In this document: positions 17,851-26,700 of the stretch, piece after piece
Numbering within the stretch: the stretch's first letter is position 1
How the letters are laid out: each line of letters begins with the position of its first letter
From: Verrucomicrobiota bacterium
Lineage (GTDB): Bacteria; Verrucomicrobiota; Lentisphaeria; JABSQK01; JAJFLO01
Direction of reading: 5' to 3'
Assembly: GCA_021772675.1 (NCBI GenBank)
Contig: JAJFLO010000040.1
Coordinates: 5,083-69,082, forward strand
Length of the DNA: 64,000 nt
Position numbers and translations under genes: made by a program
The notes under the pieces: model-generated
What the model was told of the DNA's origin: nothing
Databases searched by the model: none
The model's input: the letters and a program-made list of their open reading frames with translations, nothing else

Positions 17851-18341
17851 GCAATTATGGGTGAAATGCATTTACCTGATTAATTCATCCGGTTTCTATT
17901 GCAAGCGCATATCTCACTTCATCTAAGCGAGTTATGAAGAACCAAAATACTGGAAATAGTTTCCACCACGGCGGATTTTCAACACTATTCCTTCGCCTTT
18001 GGAACCTCCATAACTCATTGATCTGAACGAAGCTAAGCACTCTCATAACGAAACCGTATGAACTAATCAGGTTAAGTACACTATGAATTTATTTTGAGGT
18101 TGAATTGCCATTATTTTGGAGTTCAAGCTTTAGCTTGCTTATTCAAGTCCTTCAAAAAACAAATAAAACAAGCTAAAGGTTGCCACTCCATGTTATTTCG
18201 TTGCTGTCCTCCGGACAGCCTGTCTCGCCCATATTGCAGGCTCGGCTAAACTCCAAAATAATGGCATCCATGACAAACAATACGAATTATTAATGCAACT
18301 TTGTCGAATCTAATGCTTTAGAATTATTCACCCATAATTGC
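17851..18341. repeat. family C inverted-repeat element with further nested palindromic elements
   Basis: Termini are GCAATTATGGGTGAA (17851-17865) and TTCACCCATAATTGC (18327-18341). Inner inverted-repeat pairs are TACCTGATTAATTCAT/ATGAACTAATCAGGTTA and CCATTATTTTGGAGTT/AACTCCAAAATAATGG. Confidence 0.5.
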
Positions 18342-18720
18342 TGTGTGTTTTGAATGAAAAAAAGTTACCGGACCTGAATCCGTTCTAAATCCGTTTTTGG
18401 CGATAATATACCGATTGCTATCAGGTTTTCGACAGGTTTCTGAAAAATCGCCAACTGAAAGATTCATGGCGCGGCCATTCCTGTCTGTGTAATTTTTAAG
18501 ATTTGACTTGCAGACACGCGTTATCTCCCTCAGTCAGGAATGACCGAGTTACTGCAAGATATGTATTAATCCTTTTTTAATTTTTTAACAAGCGGTGATA
18601 CATATTCCTTAATTTGCCATTGTTCAAGAAATGCTTCAATTGTAATAGAAAGTTTATGCATAATGCAGATTAGGGCTGCCATTTTTCTAACACGTTAAAA
18701 AATATTAAATTTAAGTTTTC

Positions 18721-18778
18721 AAAAAAAGTCCCGGCACGGACGTTCGAACCATACAGGCCTACCAGCCTCTGCCGGGAC
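18721..18778 (-). terminator. putative intrinsic terminator/structured 3' end of the DGR transcript
   Basis: On the minus strand, GTCCCGGCA ...(33 nt containing the palindrome GTTCGAAC)... TGCCGGGAC is followed by TTTTTTT. The loop is unusually long for a simple terminator. Confidence 0.45.
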
Positions 18779-18843
18779 GGTGTTTTATTTGGCCCGGTCG
18801 TAATGACCGAACACAGGAACAAACTCAGACGTTTCTGATATGC

Positions 18844-18867
18844 CCGGCAAATTCGTAAATTTGCCGG
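18844..18867 (-). other. perfect 10-bp stem, 4-nt loop hairpin about 30 nt downstream of the TR
   Basis: CCGGCAAATT-CGTA-AATTTGCCGG, read directly. Confidence 0.6.
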
Positions 18868-18896
18868 CTCTAATCGGTATAGCCAAATGAATCGTA

Positions 18897-19012
18897 TCGC
18901 AAAACAACTCGAAAACCGTTGTTGTTCCATCGGTTGTTCGGGTTGTTGTTGATGCGGGCAGAGCAGGAGCAGTTGTCTGGATTGTTGTTCCAGGCGCCGC
19001 CCCGCAAAACAC
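18897..19012 (-). other. DGR template region (TR)
   Basis: Begins 5 nt after the RT stop. The minus strand reads in target frame as [38 protein letters not shown], with 12 Asn codons (11 AAC, 1 AAT). It is homologous to the 3' ends of three genes. Confidence 0.9.
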
Positions 19013-19016
19013 ATTA

Positions 19017-20084
19017 CTAGTAGCTTGTCCCCTTAGTAAGTCGAACCCGACCAAGAACCCGGGTTCGCAGCCGGTAACTGCTGCCCCAACGAACATGACC
19101 AACCCAACTTTGAATGGATTGATGGATTCGATCTAGGGAAATCTCATTATTGTTATATTGACAACATAGTTTTTGTAAATGGCGTTGGTACCGACGGGAT
19201 TTCTGTTTTAATGGAATTCTGTGTGTCGGCCAATTACGAAATCCAAGAAACTGACACCCTTCCCTAACACGGAGAACCTGGCATTTTTTCGGGTGAATTT
19301 TCAACCGAAAAGATGCCAAATAGTGTTTGATTTTACTACAAATCTCCCACAACTGCTCTTTACTATGGCCGAATACTGCAAAATCATCCATATAACGCAA
19401 ATACGGAGGCTGGTGCAGTTGCTCTTTTATGAAATGGTCCAGTGGGTTAAGATAGACATTCGCGAATAATTGGCTGGTTAGATTTCCTATAGGTAGGCCT
19501 CGCCTGCGCATATAGGGTGTAAAAAGGTCATCACCTGGGAAATAATGTTCCATCTCCTCCTGAGGATTACTGTTACTTATGATTTTCTCGATCAGTTCCA
19601 GTGTTCGCTGACATCCGATTTTTCGCCTGATTCGCTGAAGCAGAATGTCGTGGTCTATTGACGGGAAGAATTTTTGGATATCACATTGTAACACCCAGGG
19701 AAATTGGCAGCTGTAATCCTGAAATTTCAGCAGTGCTTTATGAGTTCCTTTTCCGGACTGGCAGGCATAGGATGTCGTAATAAATGTTCGATCAAAAATG
19801 GGTTCAATGATTTGGCAGATTGCATGGTGTACCACCCGATCACGATAAGGCGCAGCGCTGATTAAACGCTCTTTCGGTTCAAATATCTGAAAGCTGCGAT
19901 AATTTCCAGGCTGAAAATATCCTTCCGTTAATTCTCGCTGGAGTGTTAAGAGTTCATTTTCGAGATGATATTCAAAACGCGCCGTTTCGGTACGAAAGCG
20001 TTTACCTCTGCGTGCAGTTCGGGAAGCGCGCAGGAGATTTTCGAAACATGTTATTTTCTGGAAAAGATTTTTTGCCGTTTTCAT
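19017..20084 (-). CDS. DGR reverse transcriptase
   Basis: 355 aa. Motifs are [39 protein letters not shown] (the DGR-typical I/LGxxxSQ) and the catalytic YMDDFAVF. No group II intron maturase or endonuclease extension is present. An avd-like gene and the TR are adjacent. Confidence 0.92.
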   Translation of the reverse strand: MKTAKNLFQKITCFENLLRASRTARRGKRFRTETARFEYHLENELLTLQRELTEGYFQPGNYRSFQIFEPKERLISAAPYRDRVVHHAICQIIEPIFDRTFITTSYACQSGKGTHKALLKFQDYSCQFPWVLQCDIQKFFPSIDHDILLQRIRRKIGCQRTLELIEKIISNSNPQEEMEHYFPGDDLFTPYMRRRGLPIGNLTSQLFANVYLNPLDHFIKEQLHQPPYLRYMDDFAVFGHSKEQLWEICSKIKHYLASFRLKIHPKKCQVLRVREGCQFLGFRNWPTHRIPLKQKSRRYQRHLQKLCCQYNNNEISLDRIHQSIQSWVGHVRWGSSYRLRTRVLGRVRLTKGTSY

Positions 20085-20434
20085 GGTTTACGTTGTTGTT
20101 TCAACCAGGCGCCCACCTCTGTGCCGATGTCATTGACAAGCTGTGCTGCATGGCCGTAACGTTTTGTGCTCAGACAACGCAGGTCTTTCGCCAGTCGCAG
20201 CGAAAACCGAAGCTGCTCAATCAGTAAATTGACTTTTTGCAAACTTGTTTGTTTATTTCGGCTAAATTTTGCTTCAATAAGCATCGTTAAAACATCACTG
20301 GCATTTGTTTCAATGCGATCGCCAAGGGTAAATTTTCGGGATCGTGGAAATTTATCTAGCATGGGGATTAACCAAAGAAGAAAATCATAGGTTTTGGTGA
20401 TTACGGACAATTCTTTTGGACACGGCATTATCAT
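20081..20434 (-). CDS. avd: Avd-like accessory protein (four-helix-bundle, 23S rRNA intervening-sequence protein family)
   Basis: 117 aa. [28 protein letters not shown] is typical of this family. The protein is basic, and it overlaps the RT start by 4 nt (ATGA). Confidence 0.85.
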   Translation of the reverse strand: MIMPCPKELSVITKTYDFLLWLIPMLDKFPRSRKFTLGDRIETNASDVLTMLIEAKFSRNKQTSLQKVNLLIEQLRFSLRLAKDLRCLSTKRYGHAAQLVNDIGTEVGAWLKQQRKP

Positions 20435-20517
20435 ATCCCATTATTTTCATTAATTTTTTTTTCCGCGCTTCGCGCAAAGAATTAAGGGTAAAAAGAGTAA
20501 AAGAAAAAAGGGTAAAA

Positions 20518-23500
20518 CTAAACGTCTCGCAAAACAACTCGAAAACCGCCGAGGCTGATCCATCGGCCGCCCGGGTAGTAGTCGATGCGGGCAGAGCAGG
20601 AGCAGTAGTCTGGAGCGCTGTACCAGGCGCCGCCCCGCAAAACACGATATTTACCACGATCAGGACCATTTGGATCTTTCTTTTCTGAATTCTTGTAATA
20701 ATCTTCATTATACCAATCCCGGCACCACTCCCGGACATTGCCGACAAGATCGAAAACCCCCTCCGGTGTTTGGCCAGACGGATAACTGCCAACCGCTGAT
20801 GGTTTGCCGATATTCGATTTAGAGTAATTCGCATATTCTTCTGAAATTTTGTCATTTCTCCATGGATAAAGCGCATTGGATTGACCACGGGCGGCGTATT
20901 CCCATTCAGCCTCGGTCGGCAGTCGTACAATCGTTTTTTTCGATAGACCTGATCCAGTATGCAGATGTCTTGTCAACCAGTTGCAAAAGGCTTCGGCTTC
21001 ATACCATGAAACACCGGTAACGGGTTGATTCGGAGCGTTTGCTTCTTCATTGGTCCAATGTCGGGGTTCGTCCCATTCATTTGATTTACACCGCTTCCAG
21101 CCCTCTTTGCTCCATAATGTGTCGTCATTATATCCGCTTGCATCGATAAACATTTTGTATTGCCCGTTGCTAATCGGGTACCGGCTCATTCCAAACCGGG
21201 TTAACTCAACCTCATGACTGGCCTTTTCTCTTCCCATTGTAAAGCGGCCACCCGAAAGGTCAACCCACATTTCAGGATTAAAATCGCATACTCCTGGCCG
21301 TTGATCGCCTAGCCAACCCAGAATCAGGCCGGCATCAACGCGTTCACGGAATGCAAGTTTACCATGTGTGACCAATGCTGTCAGATGTTTATTTAACCGA
21401 CCTAAAAATTTTGGTCCGTTGCCTTCTTCATCCTTCTTTATCGAGCCTGCGCCAATGATGTGCGCTAGATTTCCAGCCCAGAAAATACCGCGCCAGTCTT
21501 CTTCTGATTCAGGTTCTCGGTCCTCTGGACATAAAGAATACGTCAACCCAAGGGCGGGGCGTTCATTTCCGTCATTAAAGAGTAGCTCTTCCATGCCAAG
21601 CTCAATGCATAATCGCCAATAATCTCCCTGTAAGAGTAATTCTTTGACCTTTTGATTAAAATTGAGTGTTCGTTTTGCCAGGTAGCAGCCTGCGAAATAC
21701 TCCTGAAATGTTCGATGAGGAAAGGCGTAGACCCTGTCAGTTTCTCCACCACGGCCATGCAGTAATCCTGATGTTGTATCGAAATAATTCAGTAATTTTA
21801 CAGCAGCTTCTCTGGGTTGCAGGACGATCTCTTCCAGGTTTTTTGTAAATATTTCGACTGCCGTGGCCCAGGGAATGTCAGAAATTTTTTCAGAATCCTT
21901 CCCCGCTTCATGGGCCACATAGCCAAGTTCCCATAACGGATAGAGCATTCGCGTTTCGTCCCTTAATCCAATGTCATCAAACAATGACATCTTCTGGCCG
22001 ATCCTGACTTCCTGCCAACGTTTCATCATCAGCATTGCAGCTTGATTGTACAGCGTCACTCGCTGCCGCGGCAGTTGCAGATTCGTTGCATGGACACTGG
22101 CCAATGTCGTGAGCAGCAGAGGATTTCTAACCATATCAACAGGAAGTTTGCCGACAGCCTGCTTCAGGTCATCAGTTTTTTCAGCTGACCAATCAATGGA
22201 TTTTCCAAGTCGATGCAGGGCGAGATACCAGTGATCAATGAAGTCATTTATTTGCTCCCTGCTGAATGGAGCGAGTGTGATATTACGGTAGGTTGGCAGC
22301 ACGGTATCCTTCACATAAGAAAGAACACGGCAAGTTACTATGATACGATTGCGCCGACAGCCGCCGGCAATGATTTCCAATGCTTTACAGAGAAGCAGTC
22401 GATCGTCCTTTGGCACTTCGTCAAGACCGTCAAATATCAACAGACACTGATCATCCTCCAAAAGGCGAAACAGTTCATGGCTAAAATCGGTCAGGTTATC
22501 CGAGTCTAATTTTTTCTGCAAATGCTTTTTTATGATGCGCATAAACTCACGCAGCCGCTGTTCTGGAGCACACCCAACATATTGATCCGCATTTTCTTCG
22601 TGCAGTGTTAGTAATAATTCCCGCAAGATGACGCGAATAGGAAAATAATGCCTATGGGACCAGCCTTTTAACGATTCAGAGTCCGAGTTGAGTTGATATT
22701 CTGCCAATTGCCATAAAAGATGATTGATAAATGAGGTTTTACCGGATCCCGGATCACCCAGCATAACAAGTAGTGGTTCGTTGGTCGTTGCCTCTAAAGC
22801 AGTGAGTGGCCGTGTTTCGTTTTCCCCAAAATGTAAATGATCATCTTTTTTATCGATAGTTTTTCCCTGTTTGTCAATGAAAGTCGTTGTATTTAACCCG
22901 ATATAAATTTTGTCCAGTGTCAGGCGAAGATCAGATTGTGGATCGCCACTTTTAGCGATATCCGCCAGAGGTAAAAGATTACAAACTATTGATAATTTTT
23001 CGAGATAACGTCTACGTAACACGCCCACCGGGATTGAAGGCGATTCTGGTTCAGTTGCAGTCGGAGTTTCATAGGGCGCTTCCGGCACATAATCACCCTG
23101 AATGTAACCGATGTGTTCATAACCGTGTTTGTCTTCGACCGGGAGTCGGCTCCACGTTAAACCGGTTAAATGAGAAAAATCATTGTTCTCGGTTAAATCA
23201 TCCTCAAGTTTGTGGTAAAACAGCATTGTCACAAATAATGCGGATCGGACTTTACAGCTTGACTGGAATTTTTTGAAATTTTTATCATCGATCAGCCGAT
23301 TTGCATCGGCCATTACCGAACTGTAGTATTGATCGCCAATAAGTTCTACATTACCATAAGCTAACACCAGACGCAGTGATAGGGGCAGGTCTTTACCTTT
23401 ACTACTTCCGTTGTATAATTCCAGTTTTTGGCGAAGTTGCTGAGTATATTCCATGGCAACCAGTGATGAAACGGCGTTAAATAAAATATAATACCCATCC

Positions 23501-23709
23501 CCTGTTGTTTCACGCGGGAACAGTTGTGAAAATTTGATTACCGGACTAATAAAAGTCCCGGCATCATCTATCAATTCCTGAAATTGCCTCATGACTGCCT
23601 TACTGTGAGTGTCATCATGGTAGCGTGATTTAAAGCCGACGATATCAATCAGCAGTATTGGAAACATTTCATTTTCTTTGATATTCATCCTACATTCTCC
23701 ATTTTTCAA
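20518..23709 (-). CDS. DGR target protein 2 (cyclase-like, NACHT, FGE/CLec with VR)
   Basis: 1063 aa, collinear with target 1 at high identity by eye. Motifs are FPILLIDIVGFKS, TTGDGYYILF, LGDPGSGKTSF and LLIFDGLDEV. Lies immediately upstream of avd on the same strand. Confidence 0.9.
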   Translation of the reverse strand: MKNGECRMNIKENEMFPILLIDIVGFKSRYHDDTHSKAVMRQFQELIDDAGTFISPVIKFSQLFPRETTGDGYYILFNAVSSLVAMEYTQQLRQKLELYNGSSKGKDLPLSLRLVLAYGNVELIGDQYYSSVMADANRLIDDKNFKKFQSSCKVRSALFVTMLFYHKLEDDLTENNDFSHLTGLTWSRLPVEDKHGYEHIGYIQGDYVPEAPYETPTATEPESPSIPVGVLRRRYLEKLSIVCNLLPLADIAKSGDPQSDLRLTLDKIYIGLNTTTFIDKQGKTIDKKDDHLHFGENETRPLTALEATTNEPLLVMLGDPGSGKTSFINHLLWQLAEYQLNSDSESLKGWSHRHYFPIRVILRELLLTLHEENADQYVGCAPEQRLREFMRIIKKHLQKKLDSDNLTDFSHELFRLLEDDQCLLIFDGLDEVPKDDRLLLCKALEIIAGGCRRNRIIVTCRVLSYVKDTVLPTYRNITLAPFSREQINDFIDHWYLALHRLGKSIDWSAEKTDDLKQAVGKLPVDMVRNPLLLTTLASVHATNLQLPRQRVTLYNQAAMLMMKRWQEVRIGQKMSLFDDIGLRDETRMLYPLWELGYVAHEAGKDSEKISDIPWATAVEIFTKNLEEIVLQPREAAVKLLNYFDTTSGLLHGRGGETDRVYAFPHRTFQEYFAGCYLAKRTLNFNQKVKELLLQGDYWRLCIELGMEELLFNDGNERPALGLTYSLCPEDREPESEEDWRGIFWAGNLAHIIGAGSIKKDEEGNGPKFLGRLNKHLTALVTHGKLAFRERVDAGLILGWLGDQRPGVCDFNPEMWVDLSGGRFTMGREKASHEVELTRFGMSRYPISNGQYKMFIDASGYNDDTLWSKEGWKRCKSNEWDEPRHWTNEEANAPNQPVTGVSWYEAEAFCNWLTRHLHTGSGLSKKTIVRLPTEAEWEYAARGQSNALYPWRNDKISEEYANYSKSNIGKPSAVGSYPSGQTPEGVFDLVGNVREWCRDWYNEDYYKNSEKKDPNGPDRGKYRVLRGGAWYSAPDYCSCSARIDYYPGGRWISLGGFRVVLRDV
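20527..20645 (-). other. DGR variable region VR2
   Basis: 119 nt. There are 17 substitutions relative to the TR, all at TR adenines, plus one extra codon inside the 3'-most AAC run. Confidence 0.9.
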
Positions 23710-23736
23710 ATAGACTTCGGTTTATTAAAATTCCAT

Positions 23737-26700
23737 TTAGATCAATTGCATCACAACACGAAAGCCAATGGTGTTCCAACTAGTTTTGGCTTTCGTTTGA
23801 TTGCGGGCAGTAACCTGGCAGCTGCCGGACCCATCTATCCAGGACCCGCCGCGCAGCGCTTTAAGATGATCTGGCTCACTACTCTGTACGATTTGATTAA
23901 TATCAGGTATAACGCTTAAATCCGGTTGCTCCCACCCGTTCAGGCACAATTCCCATATATTTCCCGCCATGTCCATGATGCCCTCCGGAGTCGCTCCGTC
24001 AGGATATAAGCCTGCCACCGTTGTGTGGCCCATCATTTCGTCACAATTTGCCCGATTTTTATTCGGTGTCTCATTGCCCCACGGATATCTCCTGCCACCC
24101 CGGCCTGCCACCCATTCCCACTCCATTTCCAGTGGCAGGCGAAACTGTCGCTGGCTCCTATTCTTATCGACGTCTTTTGCCTGCATTGTCAGCCATTGAC
24201 AATACTGCATCGCACTGTACCAGGAAATACCAATAACAGGTTGGTTATCTTCATTGAATTTTCGGTTCTCAAAATCCTTTGAATTATGGATTTGAACCTC
24301 TGCATCTGTAAAGGAATTCAGAAACGTCCGGTACCGCAGATTAGTGATGGGATATTTCGCTATATAGAGGTCGGAAATCGACACCTCTTTTACGGTGGCA
24401 GAAAAGCGAAATTGTCCGCCCGGTACAAAGATATATTCGGCATTATTTTCAATTGAATTAAAAAAGTGACTTTCTTTTGGCGCAGTCTTCGTATCTTGAG
24501 GACACTCTACACCCCATTTTGTAAGCAGTTCAGATGCTAGATTTCTCAACGATTTTTCCCCGTCATCTATTAACGACATGACCGCCGTAATGACACGTTC
24601 AGACGCATGGTGGCGCAGGCATTGCAGGGAATTATATCGCTTTCGCCAGGAATACCGTCTATCAGTCAACACCATGATAATGGGATCGATGGGTAACCGT
24701 ACAGATTCCCGAACCATTTGCAGCAGCAGTGGTGATGTCGCACCATCGTTGCCATCATGGGGGAGAAATAATTCAAGAAATTGCGGAAAAATAGCCGGTT
24801 CGGTCAGGCCGGCTGAAAAGAGAATGGTTTCCCGCCACCAATCGTCATGGAAGTTTGCCACCAATAGATCTGCCCGACCGCGATTGGCAATTTCGACAGC
24901 GGCAAGATACTCGCGAAATGATTTGTGTTGAAACATGTAGGTGTCATTTGATTTAACAAGGACCCCGGCGCGGTCACAGATATAGTTCAGAAATTGTGCC
25001 GATGAGATTTCGGGGTTGATTTTTTTCAACATGCCGGTGATATATGTCTCAATTTTTTTACCGGGCAATTCATCTGCATGTAGCTCGTCCTGCATCCAGA
25101 ACGATAAATTTTGGAGTATCTTTTTGGTTTCTGTTGTCGTCAGGAGCGGTTTAATCCGTTTTCTCCGATCGCGGTGATCGAGGAGATAGTTGATACTGCG
25201 GTTGTATAATAACATCCGGCCACCGGCAAGGCTGCCATGTTCCCGCCAGATAATCGCCATAATCTGTAGCAGCACCGGGATGCCGGCCATTTCCTTCAGC
25301 GAGCGGTTTCCATCCTCTGCCAGAAACGTGATAATATCATTGGCGTGAGTTGCGGACTCTTTCTTTAATGAGTCGCTGTTTTCTTCGTTGCTGCGTTCGG
25401 CAGGATCCAGCTCCGCTATGCTTACGGCATAAAACCAGTGAAGGAGGTATTCTTGTTGTTGATCGGAATTTAAATCGAGAACATTGGCACGGATGTGGGG
25501 CAATTTAAGGAAAATGCCTTCATGTTCATGATACCCGGTAAAGCGACAGGTGACGACAAAGACGGATTGATTATATACTGGAACGGCATGGTCAATCCAT
25601 CGGCAAATCTGCTTTCGCTTTTTCAGACTGCCGACTTCATCCAAACCATCAAGCAGCACCAGAATACCGGGTTCTTTCAACCAGTTTTTTAGTGTGCGTT
25701 TTGAAAAATTGAAATTTCTAATTTTAGCCCATTTCACCAGTGATTCGATGAAGGGCTGGTCCGGGTTAATTTCCCGGAGCGGCACCAGTAATGGGATAAG
25801 CGGTTTTTTGAGAGAAAGTTGATTCTGCCCGGAATTGTCGATGGAACAGATTTCTAAATAGCGCATCAGTGTGGTTTTTCCTGAACCCGGATCGCCGAGG
25901 ATAAGTATCGATTTAGAGTCCGCCATGGCTTGTGTCAAAAGTTGCCGGGGCGACAGTAAACGCTCAGTCTCTTCCTTCGGTTCTTTAATTTCAGGCAGAC
26001 TGTGACCGTATTCTGTAAGTCGAAGGGAAACAAATGCATCGAAAAGGTTTACAGAGATGTTCGCTGAAGACAGGAAACCAAATAAGTTAATGCGACCATG
26101 TTCAATGTGTATCGCTGCCAGATAGCGCTGTAGTGTCTTATCGTCATCAATTCCTGTTTCAGACGTGATCCTCTCGTCATTTACGTAGGCTATGTCATCC
26201 TGGTTATAACTTTCCTGAGACTGTAACTGTGACCAATTCAGTTTGGTGAGTTTTGATGTCAGTGGAGATTTTGTCAATTCACTCTCCAGCAAGTTATGAA
26301 AAATTGCGGTTGAAAACAAGATCGAATGCCCGTCACTGTATTCTTGATAGGATTTTAATTTTTCATCACGAACCAGGTGTTGTGCATCCGTGATCAGGGA
26401 GTCAGCATACTGGTTAATATCCAGGTCTGTCCGCTGCCAGGCCAGAATTAGACATAGTCTGAGTGGCGTGTTTACTCCATTGTGATGTGTGTTGTATTGG
26501 TACAGATTACTGCACAGGGCTTTAACAAAGACGAATGCGGTATCTATCGGCTGATTTTCCAAAAATAAATAATACCCGTTTATGGAATTTGTTTGCTTAA
26601 AGAACCGGGAAAACGGTGTATACGGTGAAATCATCTCTCCGGTGAAATCGATCAGGCTCTGGAGAACTTTTATGACGTGCATGCGTTCGAATTCGGTTTT

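Noticed and set aside
19017-20084. Reverse transcriptase as a group II intron or retron RT
   Set aside because: At 355 aa it has no maturase (X) or endonuclease extension. I could not see intron domain V/VI-like structure. It has the DGR-type IGNLTSQ motif, an overlapping avd-like gene and an adjacent TR with adenine-specific VR partners.
23737-23880. Possible fourth VR at the 3' end of the 1748-aa gene, which also ends in an FGE-type domain
   Set aside because: The nucleotide sequence here has no recognisable homology to TR 18897-19012. The GC-rich anchor CCAGGCGCCGCCCCGCAAAAC occurs only four times in the window: at the TR and at VR1-3.
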